The translations under genes and the position numbers were made by a program. The notes under the pieces are model-generated. The model was not told where the DNA came from and did no database searches. It saw only the letters and a program-made list of their open reading frames with translations. A stretch of 64,000 nt of DNA, taken from positions 7,812,001-7,876,000 of the forward strand of contig NC_047063.1 in NCBI RefSeq assembly GCF_902459465.1. The letters run 5' to 3'. Of the stretch, positions 62,651 through 64,000 are shown in pieces; the first letter of the stretch is position 1, and the number at the start of each line of letters is the position of its first letter. Origin of the DNA: Asterias rubens. Lineage: Eukaryota.

Positions 62651-63258
62651 TGTCGGCTTCTCCTTTGGAGTACTACAAGACGTTTTGTTTTAACAGGAAT
62701 GCTTCGTCTGGATGAGTCACATACAGCGTCGAATCAAGCAGAAATTGATTTCGTATACAGTCTTCTCTGTTTGGATGAACTGTACACATCGTAACTTGAT
62801 GTTTACATCGCCCAGTGTTTTAATGTTCTTGCAATTTAATTAATTCCAATCTTGCGGTCTGCCATCTCTTGGTCTTTTAATAAATGTCAGAGAAGCTCAG
62901 TGATATCTAATTCGATATCTTTATTATTGTCTATCAATTATGGAATATCATTTTGAAAAGCACCAATAATCACAACTGTTTGAATATTAAATTCAAAATT
63001 ATAGACAAAACAAGAATGGTGTTTCGACAACACAAATGCCCCGCTGAGATTGGAGTTGCTACACCAAGTCCGTTTTTGAGTTATTGTTTAAGCCATAATG
63101 ACCTTAATATTTAATATGAGGGGATCACAAAACAAAGGGCTTCTGGGGATTCCAAAAGTAATCCACAAACCAAGTTTTGAAGTAATACGCCAAGTCCTTT
63201 TCGAGTTATCGCTCGGACAACATTTCTTTTGTTTTCCATTAGGACATTAATATTTAAC

Positions 63259-63644
63259 TTAAAGGCAGTGGACACTATGGGTAATTGTCAAAGACTAGCC
63301 TTCACAGTTGGTGTATCTCAACATATGCATAAAATAACAAACCTGTGAAAATTTGAGCTCAATCGGTCATCAAAGTTGCGAGATAATAATGAAAGAAGAA
63401 AACACCCTTGTCACACGAAGTTGTGTGCGTTTAGATGGTTGATTTCGAGACCTCAAGTTCTAAACTTGAGGTCTCGAAATCAAATTCGTGGAAAATTACT
63501 TCTTCTCCAAAACTATGGCACTTCAGAGGGAGCTGTTTCTCACAATGTTTTATATCACCAATCTCTCCCCATTACTTGTCACCAAGAAAGGTTTTATGCT
63601 AATAATTATGTTGAGTAATTACCAATAGTGTCCACTGCCTTTAA
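63259..63644 (+). mobile_element. MITE family 1, young subfamily copy
   Basis: Near-perfect TIRs, TTAA ends, 19-bp perfect central inverted repeat. Confidence 0.93.
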
Positions 63645-64000
63645 GGGACCAAAAACAATATGTTTCTTAGGGATCCCGTGACCAATCCACAAACCAACAC
63701 TGAAATGTGGTAAATGTAGGATCTCTTGGTGTATTATTAAGAATTGTCAGAGAAGTTGAAAGAATGTCTAACTGTTTGTGCATATATTTTATACCAATTA
63801 TGGAAAACCATTTTGAAAAGCCCGTCGCCTTGGCTCCAAAGAATATCTTATTCGATGTGCATTATATTTCAATGTTCAAAAGCCCGTCGCCTTGGTTACA
63901 ACTGGTTGAATATTAAATTCCAAAATAAATACAAACAAGATTACTGAGAAATGTTGGATCTCTTGATCTATAATATTGTCAGAAAAGTTGAAAGAATATC

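Overview
AT-rich eukaryotic genomic DNA from a metazoan. The repeat content suggests an echinoderm such as a sea star, but I cannot confirm the taxon from sequence alone. The window is mostly intronic or intergenic. Four minus-strand exons (34850-34618, 29200-28996, 22552-22418, 18980-18780) have canonical splice sites and compatible phases, and join into two tandem, divergent CUB domains. A likely first exon of a second minus-strand gene lies at about 15200-14834. One ~385-bp TTAA-flanked MITE family with AGG...CCT ends (Kolobok/T2-like) dominates: about 25 near-full copies and about 14 fragments, roughly 17-18% of the window by hand estimate. There are also at least three other MITE families, tRNA-derived SINEs, L2 and RTE LINE scraps, a Penelope-type remnant with a minimal hammerhead ribozyme, many 100-300 bp local tandem duplications and a 345-N assembly gap. 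Most ORFs in the supplied track are read-throughs of repeats and are not genes. No rRNA, true tRNA or CRISPR array was seen. I found no clearly new multi-gene system. The best leads are the hammerhead, the MITE central dyad that keeps its symmetry while its sequence changes, a MITE with CTCF-like motifs in both TIRs, and a possible extra CUB half-exon. All coordinates were counted by hand and may be off by a few bases.
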